DNA of 55,931 nt, the filler included, from Jimgerdemannia flammicorona (lineage: Eukaryota), in assembly GCA_003990765.1 (NCBI GenBank). It is 3 parts of 3 records of this genome, joined end to end, with 100 filler letters (N's around TTAATTAATTAA, not from the genome) between each part and the next. Parts side by side here need not be neighbours in the genome. Positions count along the whole stretch, not along the records: positions 1 to 18,579 come from RBNJ01002173.1; 2 more parts are not named here. One strand, written 5' to 3'. Made by a program: the position numbers and the translations under genes. The notes below the pieces were generated by a model. The model saw only the letters and a list, made by a program, of their open reading frames with translations, was not told the origin of the DNA and did not search any database. Shown here in pieces: positions 1 through 11,399 of this stretch. Every line of letters starts with the position of its first letter. Positions within the stretch are counted from its first letter, which is position 1.

Positions 1-3000
1 GACTATATCTTTGATGTCATCATTGATACTGGTGCTGGAGGATGTCTCATGAGCAAGAAGGCAATTGACTGCCTAGGTTGGGACATTGAAGAGTCCACCA
101 AGATGGTCTATGTCACAGCAGATGGTATATGAGCTACCCCCCTTGGCAAAATCCGAGAAGTCCCCATCAAGATAGGAGGAGCTACCATCCCAGTAGACGT
201 GATTGTTACAAGCGCCACCAACTATGATATCCTCATTGGCAATCAATGGCTTCACAAGGCCAAGGCCATCATTGACCTCAATGCCCAGAAGATGCAGATC
301 AACTACAGAGGGAGAAAGGTACGAGTTTCTATCAATGTCCACAAAGGAGTCCTGCCAGACATAGAGGAAGGAGATGAAGAAGACACAGAGGTCTTCATGC
401 ACTTGGTGAACAAGAACAAGAACACGACACCCAAGCTCACAGATGAGCAGTGGTACAACAAGATCATCGACGGCTATGCCCCTCAAGGAAGATGCCCCTA
501 TGGTACTAGGATGTACTGCTCCGAACACCTGAATGACTGCTGGTCCTGTATCAGCGAAGTCAGGAAAATCCACCAACAGAAATATGAACAAGAAGCTGCT
601 GAAGCAAAAAGGAAAGCCAAAGAAGATGACCAGCCCCAGAGCTTCAAGCTGACAGTGACGATGAGGAGGAACAAGAACCAGACATCACTCTCAAGGTCAA
701 GAAGTTTCACCCTGAAGCCAAGATCCCAGAATACAAGACTGAAGGAGCCATAGGAATGGACCTTGCCAGCATCCAAGATGCTACTCTCGAACCACAGACC
801 ACCACCCTACTTGGCACTGGAATTGGAGTCAAGCTGCCAGAAAACCATGCCAGAATTATCAAGACCAGGAGTAGTCTGGCCAAAAGTGAAATCTCAGTTG
901 AAGGAGGAGTAATTGACCCTGATTACACTGGTGAGATTTTTCTCATAGTCTGAAATCACAACCACACCACTCTCTTCGAAGTCAAGAAGCATGACAGGAT
1001 TGGCCAGATGCTGATCCACGAAATCAAGAAGCCCAAGATCATAGAGGCCACTGAACTTATCAAGACAAAGAGAGGAGAACAAGGCTTTGGATATACTGAA
1101 AGAGGAGCCTATGCTGCCACCAAGATTACCAAACTTGAGCATAAGAAAGACAAGGACCAGAACAAGCACACATATACCATTGGAGAAAAATTTCCCCTGG
1201 AGGAACAACTTCTCAAGATCCTGTACCAGAATGAAGAAGTACTTGCTACAGACTTTAGAGATATCCACAATCAAGAACCCAAGTACCACCACGAAGTTGA
1301 CACTAGTGATACCAAGCCTATCTATCAGAAAGCCAGACCCATACCACCTGCCTACAGAGAGTGGCTGCGAGCCAAACTCAAGGAAATGGAAGAAGCCAGA
1401 ATCATCAAGCAAGCTATCAGTCCCTGGGCCTCACCCATTGTCCTTGCCCCGAAGAAAGGAAGCAAGCCTGGAGAGTTTGCACCAAGACTCTGCATTGACT
1501 ACAGGAAACTCAATGCCATCACCAAGAAGGATAGGCAGCCCTTGCCGAATATTCAAGAAATCCTTACCACCCTTAGAAGTGAAGCCAAATACTACACCAC
1601 CTTGGATCTGTTCTCAGACTTCCATCAGATCGGTCTCACTCAAGATGCCAGTGAGAAATCAGCCTTCATCACACCTGATGCCACCTATATCTATCTGCGA
1701 ATGCCATTTGGAATATGCAATGCCCCAGCAAGTTTCCAGCGAATAATGAACAGAGTCTTCAGCAACAAGATTGGAAAATGGCTCTTTAACTATGTTGATG
1801 ATGTGATCATCTTCAGCAACACTGCACAGGAATATATCAATCACATACAGCTAGCCCTCAAGAGGCTCAAGGAGCATGGCCTCTACATCAAGCCCAAGAA
1901 ATGTAAGTTTGCAGCTCAAGAAATCACCTACCTAGGACACCTCATCAACCAGACTGGAATCCACACAGACCCCATGAAGATTGAGGCTGTTGCAGCCTAC
2001 CCAAGACCCAGAACAACCACAGAAGTCCATGCCTTCCTTGGACTGGCCAGCTACTACAGGAGATTCATCAAAAGATACTCCAATATTACAGCACCTATCT
2101 ATGAGCTACTGAAGAAGGAGACCAAATTTGAATGGACCAAGGAGCACCAAGAAACCTTCAATGAACTCAAGACCAGGTTGACCCAAGTGCCCATTCTCAG
2201 AAGACCAGACTGGAACCTAGAATTCATCCTGCAGACAGATGCGAGTGCTATAGGACTTGGAGCGGTCCTAGCTCAGAAGAAAGATGGACATGAATATGTC
2301 ATCTCCTATGCAAGCTGAGGTACCCGCGGAGCAGAACAGAACTACAAGTCATGCAAGCTTGAATGCTTAGCAGTAGTTTGGGCAGTAGATAAGTTCCACT
2401 ACTACCTAGCTAGAAAACACTTCACCATTCAGACAGACCATTCCACTCTTGCCTGGCTATTCCACACCCTGAACCCCAAAGGAATATATGCCAGATGGAT
2501 CTACAGACTGCAAGAATATGACTGTACTGTCAAGCACTGCTCAGGAAAGACCAATACCAATACCGATGCACTCTCAAGGACACCCCGAAACATCTCCATC
2601 AAGACTATTCAACATGAATAAGGAGCTATACTATGGATTAATCAGCTACCTTGGGCAGCAGAGATGCCCAACCATCTTGAACCCTGGACAATTACCATCA
2701 TCAACCGAACTTGGAAACAGTTTGAATTAGACAACACTATACTCAGAAAAGAAGGAAAGCTAGTAATACCTGAACACAAGAAGTATCAAGTAATGAAGGA
2801 AGTACACGAGCAAGGACACTTAGAAGGAACCAACACATACGACAAGGTAAGAAGAACCATGTGGTAGCCCAAGATGGAAGAAGACCTGCGCCAATTTGTC
2901 AAAGGGTGTGACAAGTGCCAAAAACAGAAACAAGATCAGCAAGACCAGGCACCCGGATCATCAAGAATTGAGCCTATCCCCTTCCACCACATCGCAATGG

Positions 3001-3860
3001 ATATCATTGAACCACTACCAGTAACACTATCAGGAAACCGCTATATTATAGTTATTGTAGACCTCTTCACCAAATGGATAGAGGCAGGAGCATTACAAGA
3101 AGCCAATGCCCTCTCTATAGCCGATTTCTTACACCAAGAAATCATCTGCTGCTACAAGACACCAAAGCAAATCACAACAGACCGCGGCACAGAATTTGTC
3201 AATGGATTCTATGAGATAATGTACCAGAAATACAAGATCCAGCACATCAAGACCACTGCATACAACCCTCAAGGAAATGGACAGACAGAAAGAACCAACA
3301 AGACCCTCAAGAACATCCTAGCGAAGATCTCAGAGACATATGAGAATTGGGATAACTATCTCCCAACCGCCCTCTCTGTCCTACGAGACATACAGTCACA
3401 GAGCACACATTTTACCCCAAGAGAGCTGCTCTTCGGAGAAGAAGATTCTGATGGAACCTCAGCCACAAATCTAGACCTAACTTAGAGACGAGTTGATGCA
3501 GAGATCCGGAGACTACACCAAATCAGGAAGAAGGCTGAAGATTACATCACCAAGTCACAAGCACTAATAAGGAAGAATGCAGAAAAGAATCACAAGGCCC
3601 TAGAACCCATCTGAATTGGAGAAAAGGTTCTACTGTATCAAAATATGGTGGAAGCCTCATGGTCACGAAAACTGGAGCCCAAATGGGAAGGACCCTTCTA
3701 CGTGCAAGATATCAAGGGAACTACCTTTTGGCTTAGAAAAATCTCAGGGACCATACTGCCTACCACGGTACATAGGAACAGACTCAAGAAGTACCACAAA
3801 CCTATAAAAGAGAAGCAAAACATGATGACCACCTGCGAGGTTCTAGTCCGCAAATTGTAA
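1..3860 (+). mobile_element. pol: Ty3/Gypsy LTR-retrotransposon pol (protease - Cys/His linker - dUTPase - RT - RNase H - integrase), inactivated, 5' end cut by contig start
   Basis: Frame 1 reads VIIDTGAGGCL (aspartic protease) and YDILIGNQWL. RT motifs SPWASPIVLAPKK, RLCIDYRKLN, MPFGICNAPASFQR, YVDD. RNase H LQTDAS. Integrase IAMD..., TDRGTEF, YNPQGNGQTER, then KWEGPF. Domain order RT-RH-INT is Gypsy type. Several stops (e.g. TGA at 130 and 951) and frameshifts. Confidence 0.96.
690..1107 (+). pseudogene. dut: dUTPase domain inside Gypsy pol, between protease and RT
   Basis: All five dUTPase motifs are recognisable: GAIGMDL, RSSLAK, GGVIDPDYTGEI, RIGQML, RGEQGFGYT. One internal TGA at 951-953. 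In frame with RT. Confidence 0.92.
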
Positions 3861-4416
3861 CAGCATGTCCCGTGACCAGCAAGCTATCTGTCTGGACCAT
3901 TCTCTAAGGGATATGGCACTGGCAACTACTCATCCATGAAGACTTTCGCAGTCAGAGGAGTTCGAACCATCAACTGATTGGTCAAGATCAGAATCAGGCC
4001 CTTGCTCTATATGAAGGGAGCGACCCTTCACCATCACACCAAAATACAAAGAGAAGACGCCAGCCCTTAAACACCAGTTTTTGACCCCTTGCCAGAGGTT
4101 ATGGGATCAGCAAATTTTTCAGGACTGGACCAATGAATAAGGATGCTCAGGAAGATCCTTATTCAGGAGGAAGATGTAATGGTGACCCCAGAATGATGAC
4201 ATCAGCACAGGAGACAGCCTTTCTTTACAAGCCACCAGATCAGAGTACAAGAAGATCATACGGTATATGAGATGAGCAACAATGACCAACTGTGAGTCAT
4301 TGTGACCACAGTACAAGCATCCTGAAGAATATAAAAGAAGGATCAAGGAACTGCAGTAGCAGCAACCAACAAGAACCCCCAATCCCAAAATAGCTCAAAG
4401 ACTTACCACAAACAAA

Positions 4417-5150
4417 ATGTCTGCTGCTCGTCAAACCTCAAGGTCAAGGAATCATCAAGGTATCTCGGTCGAGAAAAGGATGTTCCAAGACATCAGAAGA
4501 GCCATGAGGACCCACTCAAGAAGGACTCCTAGCATCAACCTGGGTACTGCAGACCCTTATCACTTTATCCTCTACCGCTGTAAAATGGAAACAAGGATCA
4601 CCATTGCCACCAAATACCTCCAAATGTGGTAGGAGTACGAAATAGGAAATCTTCTCTGTCAGGAGTTCCCACAGGCCAGCCCTCAAGAGCTACAAGATGC
4701 CACCCCCATGGACCTACGTGAGGCAAGGACAGCAAAGAAGCTTCATCAGATCTTCAGGCATGCACAATGGTCGATCCCCAACTTGGAGTATGTTAGAGTC
4801 TCAGACTTCAGAGACCTGTCATCCCGCCATATCAATGCACTAGAAGCCAGGGTAGCCACAGAAGCCCAGTCCACCATCACCCTCAACAGCGAAGAAGTAG
4901 AAGACTTCTGGCACCCTATCCTTCAGGACAACCCAGACCAATTCCTGCAAGGATTGATCTCAGTATTCCAAGGCCCAAGTATCCAGGTTAGATCTCCCCA
5001 AGACCCCACATTTGTCCCCTATTTTGTGGAAGAGAACCTCATAGACTGGAGAGCTCCAGACCTTGTTCCAGATTTTCCTGCCACACCCGAATGTGAGACG
5101 TCATCGATGACGTCATCCCACGTGATATTGAAGCACGTGAAAATGATGAT
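4417..5150 (+). pseudogene. Accessory ORF 3' of Gypsy pol, 5' part (unknown function), interrupted by the Ngaro insertion
   Basis: ATG in caaaATG context. ORFs 4417-4632 and 4708-on are in the same frame across one TAG. A diverged homolog lies at 45410-46990 (-). Confidence 0.75.
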
Positions 5151-5899
5151 CAATGTTTTTGCCATAATGTCGATCTACGCTAGGGAGGCGTAACTATACT
5201 ACGTTTTGCATAATGTCAACTACGCTATGCTCACGTGATGTCAATCTTCATGATAAAACACCAATAACCCCGTGTCACCGAAATGACCATGCATCACCCC
5301 GAAATCCTAGGAAAGAAACCTCAAATAAATGATCGATTGTTCTGTATTTGGGTGGAAACACACGGTATAAAAGACTGGCCCAACCACTATGTATATATAT
5401 GTAGGGTGAGGTGGGTGGTAATGAAATGCATACGAATGTATGGAAGCGCAAAAGCGTAAGTGTAAAGCGCGTACAAAGTAATGTTGGGTGAATGGTAGAA
5501 TTACATATAGAAGTAATGTGCCTACCATGCTAGTACCAAAAAAGGAAAGACTATGCCTGATTTAGACATACCTTAGACAAACAATGGCGTTGAAACATTT
5601 TGGGCACTATATGCCCAAGACCTTCCTGCATTCATTGACCTGTGGTCTCAAGCGAGCCCCCTCATTCAATGTTTTTGCCGTAATGTCAATCTATGCTAGG
5701 GAGGCATAACTATACTATGTTTTGCATAATGTCAACTACGCTATGCTCACATGATGTCAATCTTCGTGATAAAACACCAATAACCCCATGTCACCGAAAT
5801 GACCATGCATCACCCCGATATCCTAGGAAAGAAACCTCAAATAAATTATCGATTGTTCTGTATTTGGGTGGAAACACATGGTATAAAAGACCAGCCCAA
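5150..5899 (-). repeat. Ngaro 3' terminal B1-A2-B2 split direct repeats
   Basis: 5150-5383 matches 5666-5899 (B, ~233 bp). 5418-5665 matches 10593-10840 (A, ~248 bp). Most differences are at CpG sites. Confidence 0.93.
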
Positions 5900-6080
5900 A
5901 TGTTATATGTAAAATGTGTGGGATGATGATGTGTAGCAGTGTGAGTTGGCGGTGCCGAAAGAAAGAACTTGGCCCAAATGAAGTAAAAAGGGGGTTATGG
6001 ATGTGGAAATGTGAGCGGAGTAGATGATAGAAAGGCACCGAAGGCTTAATAGAAAGGCTGTGCCCAATGTCGATGATATG

Positions 6081-6445
6081 GCTGGTGTCGCGAGCCACGC
6101 GGTTAAAACCGAGGGCAGGTGTCGCGAATCATGCGACAGCCAAGAAGCTGATTTAACGAGCCCAGTGATCGAGGGATAGAACTGGTGGCGCGAGTTGTGC
6201 AGGGGTCCGAGTAGGCTGGTGTCACGAGCTGCGTGATAACAAAAAGAAGGAGAGCTGGTGTCGCGAGCCACGCAATGTTGGAAAAGGTTGGTATCGCGAA
6301 CTACACGGTGGCAAGAGGCTGAGGTAGGTGGATTAAAGGCTGGTGTTGTGAGCTACGTGGTGATGTAAGGCCGATGAGGAGAGGTAAAGGCTGGTGTCGC
6401 GCGCTGCACGGGACCCGGAATAAGCTGGTGTCGTAGGCTACGCAG
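6081..6445. repeat. Array of ~9-10 degenerate ~22-bp motifs (GCTGGTGTCGCGAGCYACGC) separated by dissimilar spacers, in the Ngaro 3' UTR
   Basis: Copies start near 6081, 6115, (6145), 6181, 6214, 6253, 6286, 6338, 6389 and 6423. Spacing is mostly 33-39 bp, twice ~51 bp. Confidence 0.8.
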
Positions 6446-6469
6446 TAGAAAAAAAGGAACGGGAAATTG

Positions 6470-7477
6470 TTAACTGCAAGTAATATGAGTAACAGAACAA
6501 GTATTACGAGTTAACGAAGCCCGAAGGTGGAGAATACGAGAAATAGGCATGTGAATATAGCCTTTAAATACCACGCTCTCCCACTGACCCAACATCTGAA
6601 TCTCGTAATCGGATAAACCGGCCGCCATGGCATCGGATGTTGCACCAATCCGAAAACTATGTCTGGCATAAAGAAGCGGATTCAGACCAATCCATGGAAG
6701 TAACACACGAAGACGACAAACGAGATAGGCCCGAGAGAACGATCGATTCGTGGAATGCCGGAACAGAGGGGTGTCGGGTGGGGCTGGGTGTGCCAGGTAA
6801 AGAAGGCAAAGTAAGGATACAACGCATGGTGCGGCGGGATCTGTTTTGGCGATAAAAAGTGTTGCACCCTGGCGAAACGGGTCTGTTTTAGAGGCCGGCA
6901 GGGTGAGCATAATATGGGTGGGGTCAGAAATGCTAGGTTGAAAAACCACAGAGCTGCGGGACAGCTGGGAAATGGGATCGAAAGACCTGTCCCACGTAAA
7001 TTCGCCAGAGCGAAGAAAGCCGATGTATGCAAGTGACATCGTGGTCGCAAGATGCAGATCGTCATAATCAGATAGCCGAAGCAAACTGATAAGACTGTGA
7101 AGAATACCGAGCATGATAGGAAGCCGAGGTCGAGTTGGGCATATGCCTAGCCACCGCTTCATGCCACGCATCACTTGGGGAAGTTGGTAAAGACCGATGA
7201 ATGGATTGGCAAAACCGGAGTCGATGTGTAGAGAACGAACGACTGAGAGGTAACGTTTGATTGTGGATGGTTGAAGCTGTCGCAAGGCCAAGCTACAGAC
7301 CCACCGCATTAGCACCAGTTCGGATGTGGGCAAAGGCCCGCCAGAGGCATGATTACCACTGTGGAGATTGCAGAATTGGAGGAAGCTGCATTGTCCCGAA
7401 GAGTATGAGCGGCGCATTGATTTTGCCAGTCCGAACCACAAAAAGAAGGCAACGACGAGTGGAAGCACGAAATGCAA
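6470..7477 (-). CDS. Ngaro tyrosine recombinase (YR)
   Basis: N-terminal STIKRYLSVVRSLH, catalytic FLRSGEF, SKTDPFRQG, HSFRIGA, GQWES (from GRW) and GYI. Confidence 0.9.
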   Translation of the reverse strand: MHFVLPLVVAFFLWFGLAKSMRRSYSSGQCSFLQFCNLHSGNHASGGPLPTSELVLMRWVCSLALRQLQPSTIKRYLSVVRSLHIDSGFANPFIGLYQLPQVMRGMKRWLGICPTRPRLPIMLGILHSLISLLRLSDYDDLHLATTMSLAYIGFLRSGEFTWDRSFDPISQLSRSSVVFQPSISDPTHIMLTLPASKTDPFRQGATLFIAKTDPAAPCVVSLLCLLYLAHPAPPDTPLFRHSTNRSFSRAYLVCRLRVLLPWIGLNPLLYARHSFRIGATSDAMAAGLSDYEIQMLGQWESVVFKGYIHMPISRILHLRASLTRNTCSVTHITCS

Positions 7478-7499
7478 ACAATACCAATCGCGCTCGGGA

Positions 7500-9174
7500 G
7501 TGTCTGAGCATAAGGGGCAAGATGACGGAAACGAGGAAGATCAGTGCGGGATAAAGCATCAGCAATACCGTTATCGGACGTCGAGATGAATATGGCGCAA
7601 AGTTGAAAAGCGTGATGCGCCATTTGAAAATAGAGCTGGCGGGGAAGTTCCAGCAGAAGAGGGTTGCGTGAAGAGCCCGAGTTGATAATAGCGATGACCG
7701 CCTGATTATCAGAATGAAGCAATATATGGTGAAAACGCCATTGAGCGCCCCAGGTAGCAGCAGCAGCGACCACGGCGTAAAGTTCCTTGAACTGAATGTC
7801 GTGTGAGGCTATATCGGGAGGCCAGGGAGCGGAAAACTATTTGCTATTGAAATGTGCACCAAAGCCTTGGATCCCGCTGGTGTCTATCCATAATTGTGCA
7901 TCAGGCTTGTAGAACCATGCCACCGGATGTATAATGGAAATACCATTCCAGTGGGGTAGGAATTCGAGCCACTAATGAATGTTGGCGTAGAATTCCTCAT
8001 TCAGTGAGATATGGAATGAGGCGTTGCCGGAAAGAAGGTCGATAAACCGCCGCAGGAATGGGTGGCCCGGTGGAATGATTTTACAGGCAAATGCCAAGGA
8101 ACCAATAAGAGACTGCAGTTGAGGGCGTATACATAATGTGTGCGATAGCCACTGCTGAAGGGTGGCGAGCAACGTGTCAAGCTTACCAAGAGGCAGGCAG
8201 GCTTCCATAGCCATTGTATCCAATTTGATGCCCAGAAAGATGAGTGACATTGTTGGGCCTTCGACCTTGCGCTCTTGAATCGACTAGCCAAGATGACGAC
8301 AGATGGCAAGAAGTAAACATAGGTCGGAGAGGGCAGACAGCTGGAGCGGCAGCGAAACGAGGAGAAAATCGTTGACATAGTGGATGAGCGCGCATATGTC
8401 GTGACGGTGGGTGATCCATGCAAGAAGTTCCGCGAAAAGGTTGAAAAGAAATAGTGACGAGGATGCGCCAAAAGGAGTGAACCGATTGAAATAAAACTGC
8501 CCCGACCACTCGAAACCCAGCAACTTCCAATCCATAGGATGGATGAGAATATGACGATATGCATCGGCAAGGTCGACCTTCGATAGAAGACATCCCTGGC
8601 CAAAACGATGAACCAAGTCCAAAGCCTCATCAAACTTAATGTAAGAGAGCCGGAAGGCGTCGGTATCTATGCCAGCATTCACCAAATCGCCGTGACGGGG
8701 CCAAGAAAGGTCGTGAATACAACGCCATGCGCTATTAGAATTCTTCTTCGCAATGGCGCCAAGAGGAGATGAGCGAAAGCATTCGAATGGAGGAGATGAG
8801 AATGGGCCACAAATTCTACCGGCGGCGACTTCCCGCTCAATGTCAGACATGATCACTTCTGGGTGGTCGAGAGCGGAGCGATGATTATAGGACAGTAGGC
8901 GCTGATGAGGCCCATCAAAGCCGAGAAGAGCACCTTGATTAATAGCGGCGATGGCAGCCTGAGCTACCCGCGGGGCAGGATACCACTGGAGCTCACGCGC
9001 CCACGCGACAGGGCGAAGAGCAGAAGAAGGAGAATGTCTTGAGCAGCTACGTTGAGAGGAGCGGTAAATGGGCGACGGAGTAGGGTATTTGGAGCGGCCG
9101 GGGGTATGTGTAAAGAATAAATGGGGGCAAGTTCCTAGGGGCGAGACGATGGATTGTGGGAGCATCGATACCAC
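7500..9174 (-). pseudogene. Ngaro reverse transcriptase / RNase H
   Basis: SPLGAIAKK, WRCIHDLSWP, KVDLADAYR, TPFG, HYVNDF (YVDD with G>A), FLGI, LQSLIGSLAFAC. RNase H HSDNQAV and NGIADALSR. Stops and frameshifts present. Confidence 0.9.
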
Positions 9175-10587
9175 GGATGATCACCATTGCAGCGAGAACA
9201 GGAATGCACATAAGGGCATCCTTTTCTATTGCACCCAGGATCCTTCATGGGTGATCCATCGAATAGAATGCCGTTGTATGCCCGACAAGTAGACCGTTGA
9301 GAGGCTTTCTCGGTAGATGGAGTGGAGGAGCCATCAGTAAGACGTAGCCCCCGTTGTACGTTGCGAGACTTGAAGGGCTTAAGTGAATTAGATGTAGAGG
9401 TTGGAGTTCGTGGACGTTGATGTAGACTAAGGATCATAAAGAGGTCGGGGTCGCGCTGGGCCCAGTACTCGCACCATACCAAAGAAACACCGTTGTTCGC
9501 GATCTCCGCCAGTCATTTTGTATGAAAGGAGACATGATAATCGAGAAGCGCGGACCAATATGATGACATTGATAGTAAAATAAAATCCGCGGTGTATGAA
9601 AAGAATGGAGTAGGATCAGTGAGGCCCGGGTACGTGTCATGAAGAACGCTGAAATACATAAGCAGGGCGGTGAGGAAAGCAGGGACGTCCGGAAGATCTT
9701 TGATAAGAGATGGTGGCTTTCGAAGAATGATCTGGGTACCCGATTCATCAAACGTTTCGATGAATTGAGCATCAGGAAGACCACTGATAGAAACGATGTT
9801 TCGCTCCAAGAAACGGCCGAGTGACACGGCGGTGAACGAATTGTCAATGACTGTGGCCAACAGCCATTGATTAACATGGGCGTATTTTAAAGAGAGATTG
9901 ATGCCTCGGACAACAGTATGGGCAGAGACAACAGAGGGAGGTATAGGGATAGACTCACCCTGGGGATTACCAGCAGGGCCGTGAATGCCAGTGGACCGAA
10001 CTGAAGGGATAGTCGGTAAGGGCTGGGATGAGGATAGAGATGCGAGAACCGCCGAAAGAGAAGCAGTAGCGTGATCAATAAAGGCTTGATCGATGATGGG
10101 AGATGCGTCCTGACCAGAAACAGCAGGAACTGTACTAGCCGGTGCCGCCGAAGATACGATGTCGGGGCGAGAGTGTAAGAGCTGAAAAAGTTCATCGAAC
10201 TGATGGTCTTGCACGGATACATGCTCTTGGAGCTAAGCAACGCTGGTTTCGATGGAAACATCAGAGGCCGGTGTGCTGAAAAAAGCTGGTCCGGCTGCCA
10301 TAGCACTAGCAGGAGCCTTGGATACGGCACGCGCCGATAGATGCGTGATTCGGCGGGGTGTGGAAGTAGAGTGATCAGGGAGGGTGGCAAGATAATCCAC
10401 GAGGATAGCAACATCGGGGTTCTCGCTATCAGATTCCAGGTCGTCTTGCAGAAAACGGAGCACACACTTGATGAAATTAACGTCCAAGCGGAAAGGGCAG
10501 GTGGTGGAGCCCAGGTCATGTTGGCCCTTCGATGTATGGGAAGGGTCGTATCGACACAAAAGGCAGGAATTTGCGGAGAGGACCATG
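9135..10587 (-). pseudogene. Ngaro ORF1 (gag-like) with Cys/His zinc-finger motifs
   Basis: ORF pieces 10233-10703, 9513-10214 and 9135-9482. C-terminal CRAYN...GCNRKGCPYVHSCSRCNGDHPWYRC is typical of fungal DIRS/Ngaro gag. It overlaps the RT start. Confidence 0.8.
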
Positions 10588-10592
10588 GTAAT

Positions 10593-10840
10593 GTAATGAA
10601 ATGCGTACAAATGTACGGAAGTGCAAAAGCATAAGTGTAAAGTGCGTACAAAGTAATTTTGGGTGAATGGTAGAATTACATATAGAAGTAATGCGCCTAC
10701 CATGCTAGTACCAAAAAAGGAAAGACTATGCCTGATTTAGACACGCCTTAGACAAACAATGGCGTTGAAATATTTTGGGTACTATACACCCAAGACCTTC
10801 CTGCATTCATTGACCTGTGGTCTCGAGCGAGCCCCCTCAT
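10593..10840 (-). repeat. Ngaro 5' terminal A1 repeat
   Basis: Direct repeat of 5418-5665; both end in gcgagccccctcat on the + strand. Confidence 0.93.
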
Positions 10841-10949
10841 AGTATGTGAGACGCGCGACCTACATAATGAATTCGCGGACCTCATCTCCTTCAGTGATAA
10901 TGATGATAATGATGATGAAGCTCCCATAATCCTGAACTTTCTGCTCTAA
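10841..10949 (+). pseudogene. Accessory ORF 3' of Gypsy pol, 3' part (resumes after Ngaro)
   Basis: Joining 5150 to 10841 restores the frame: ...VKMMIVCETRDLHIEFADLISFSDNDDNDDEAPIILNFLL*. The homolog at ~45430 (-) ends similarly (DLARLSKENEDNIISVILNF). Confidence 0.65.
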
Positions 10950-10955
10950 GTTCTT

Positions 10956-11264
10956 TGTTACACTGGATAATGCCAGCACCGGTATTCTCATATAACACTG
11001 GATAATGCCAGTACTGGTATTCTGAGGTGATGCAAAATTGTTCCAGCACCGGTATTTTGATGTGGTACTAAATAATGCCAGCCCTGGAACTTAGTAGTTT
11101 TAGTTATTGGAATTTATATTTAGCTTTATATCTTAGCAACCATTGAATTATATTTTGTATAAATACCTCTCTTATTTCCTCTGAAATAAAGTCAGTCAAT
11201 TCAATGCAGTCAGTTTTCTCAGTGCAATACACACACTTCCTTGCAAGCAATCTAAGAGATAACA
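10956..11264 (+). repeat. Putative LTR-like sequence with internal ~35-bp tandem repeat
   Basis: TGTTA...TAACA termini, GTATAAATA and AATAAA, and repeated acactggataatgccagcaccggtattct. No convincing TSD. Confidence 0.4.
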
Positions 11265-11399
11265 AGACAGTTAAAGATAAGAAGTTTGAGGACTATAAGA
11301 CCTTGGGAAGGTACTCCAATAAGAACTTGTTTATAACAACTTGAGTTAGTCTAAGAGATATACCATAAAGAGAATCTGGCATATTTGAAGAACTCAGTG

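Larger units (their letters stand above)
5150..10840 (-). mobile_element. Ngaro-type (DIRS order) tyrosine-recombinase retrotransposon, structurally full length, ORFs disrupted
   Basis: Split direct repeats in the order A1(10840-10593), gag, RT/RH, YR, B1(5899-5666), A2(5665-5418), B2(5383-5150) on the minus strand. The B1/A2 junction reproduces the element's end-to-start junction. Confidence 0.93.

Noticed and set aside
630..660. Programmed frameshift between protease and dUTPase
   Set aside because: The homologous region in the second copy (39730-39960) is in one frame, so this is a mutational indel.
4417..5150. env gene
   Set aside because: No signal peptide, cleavage site or TM segment is visible in the reconstructed ORF.
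6081..6445. CRISPR array
   Set aside because: Eukaryotic retroelement context, degenerate repeats, irregular short spacers and no cas genes. Kept only as a repeat-spacer observation.
5091..10853. 10-bp direct repeat atgtgagacg (5091-5100, 10844-10853) as the Ngaro TSD
   Set aside because: The element ends defined by the A/B repeats lie 50 bp and 3 bp inside these copies, so the repeat belongs to the host sequence.
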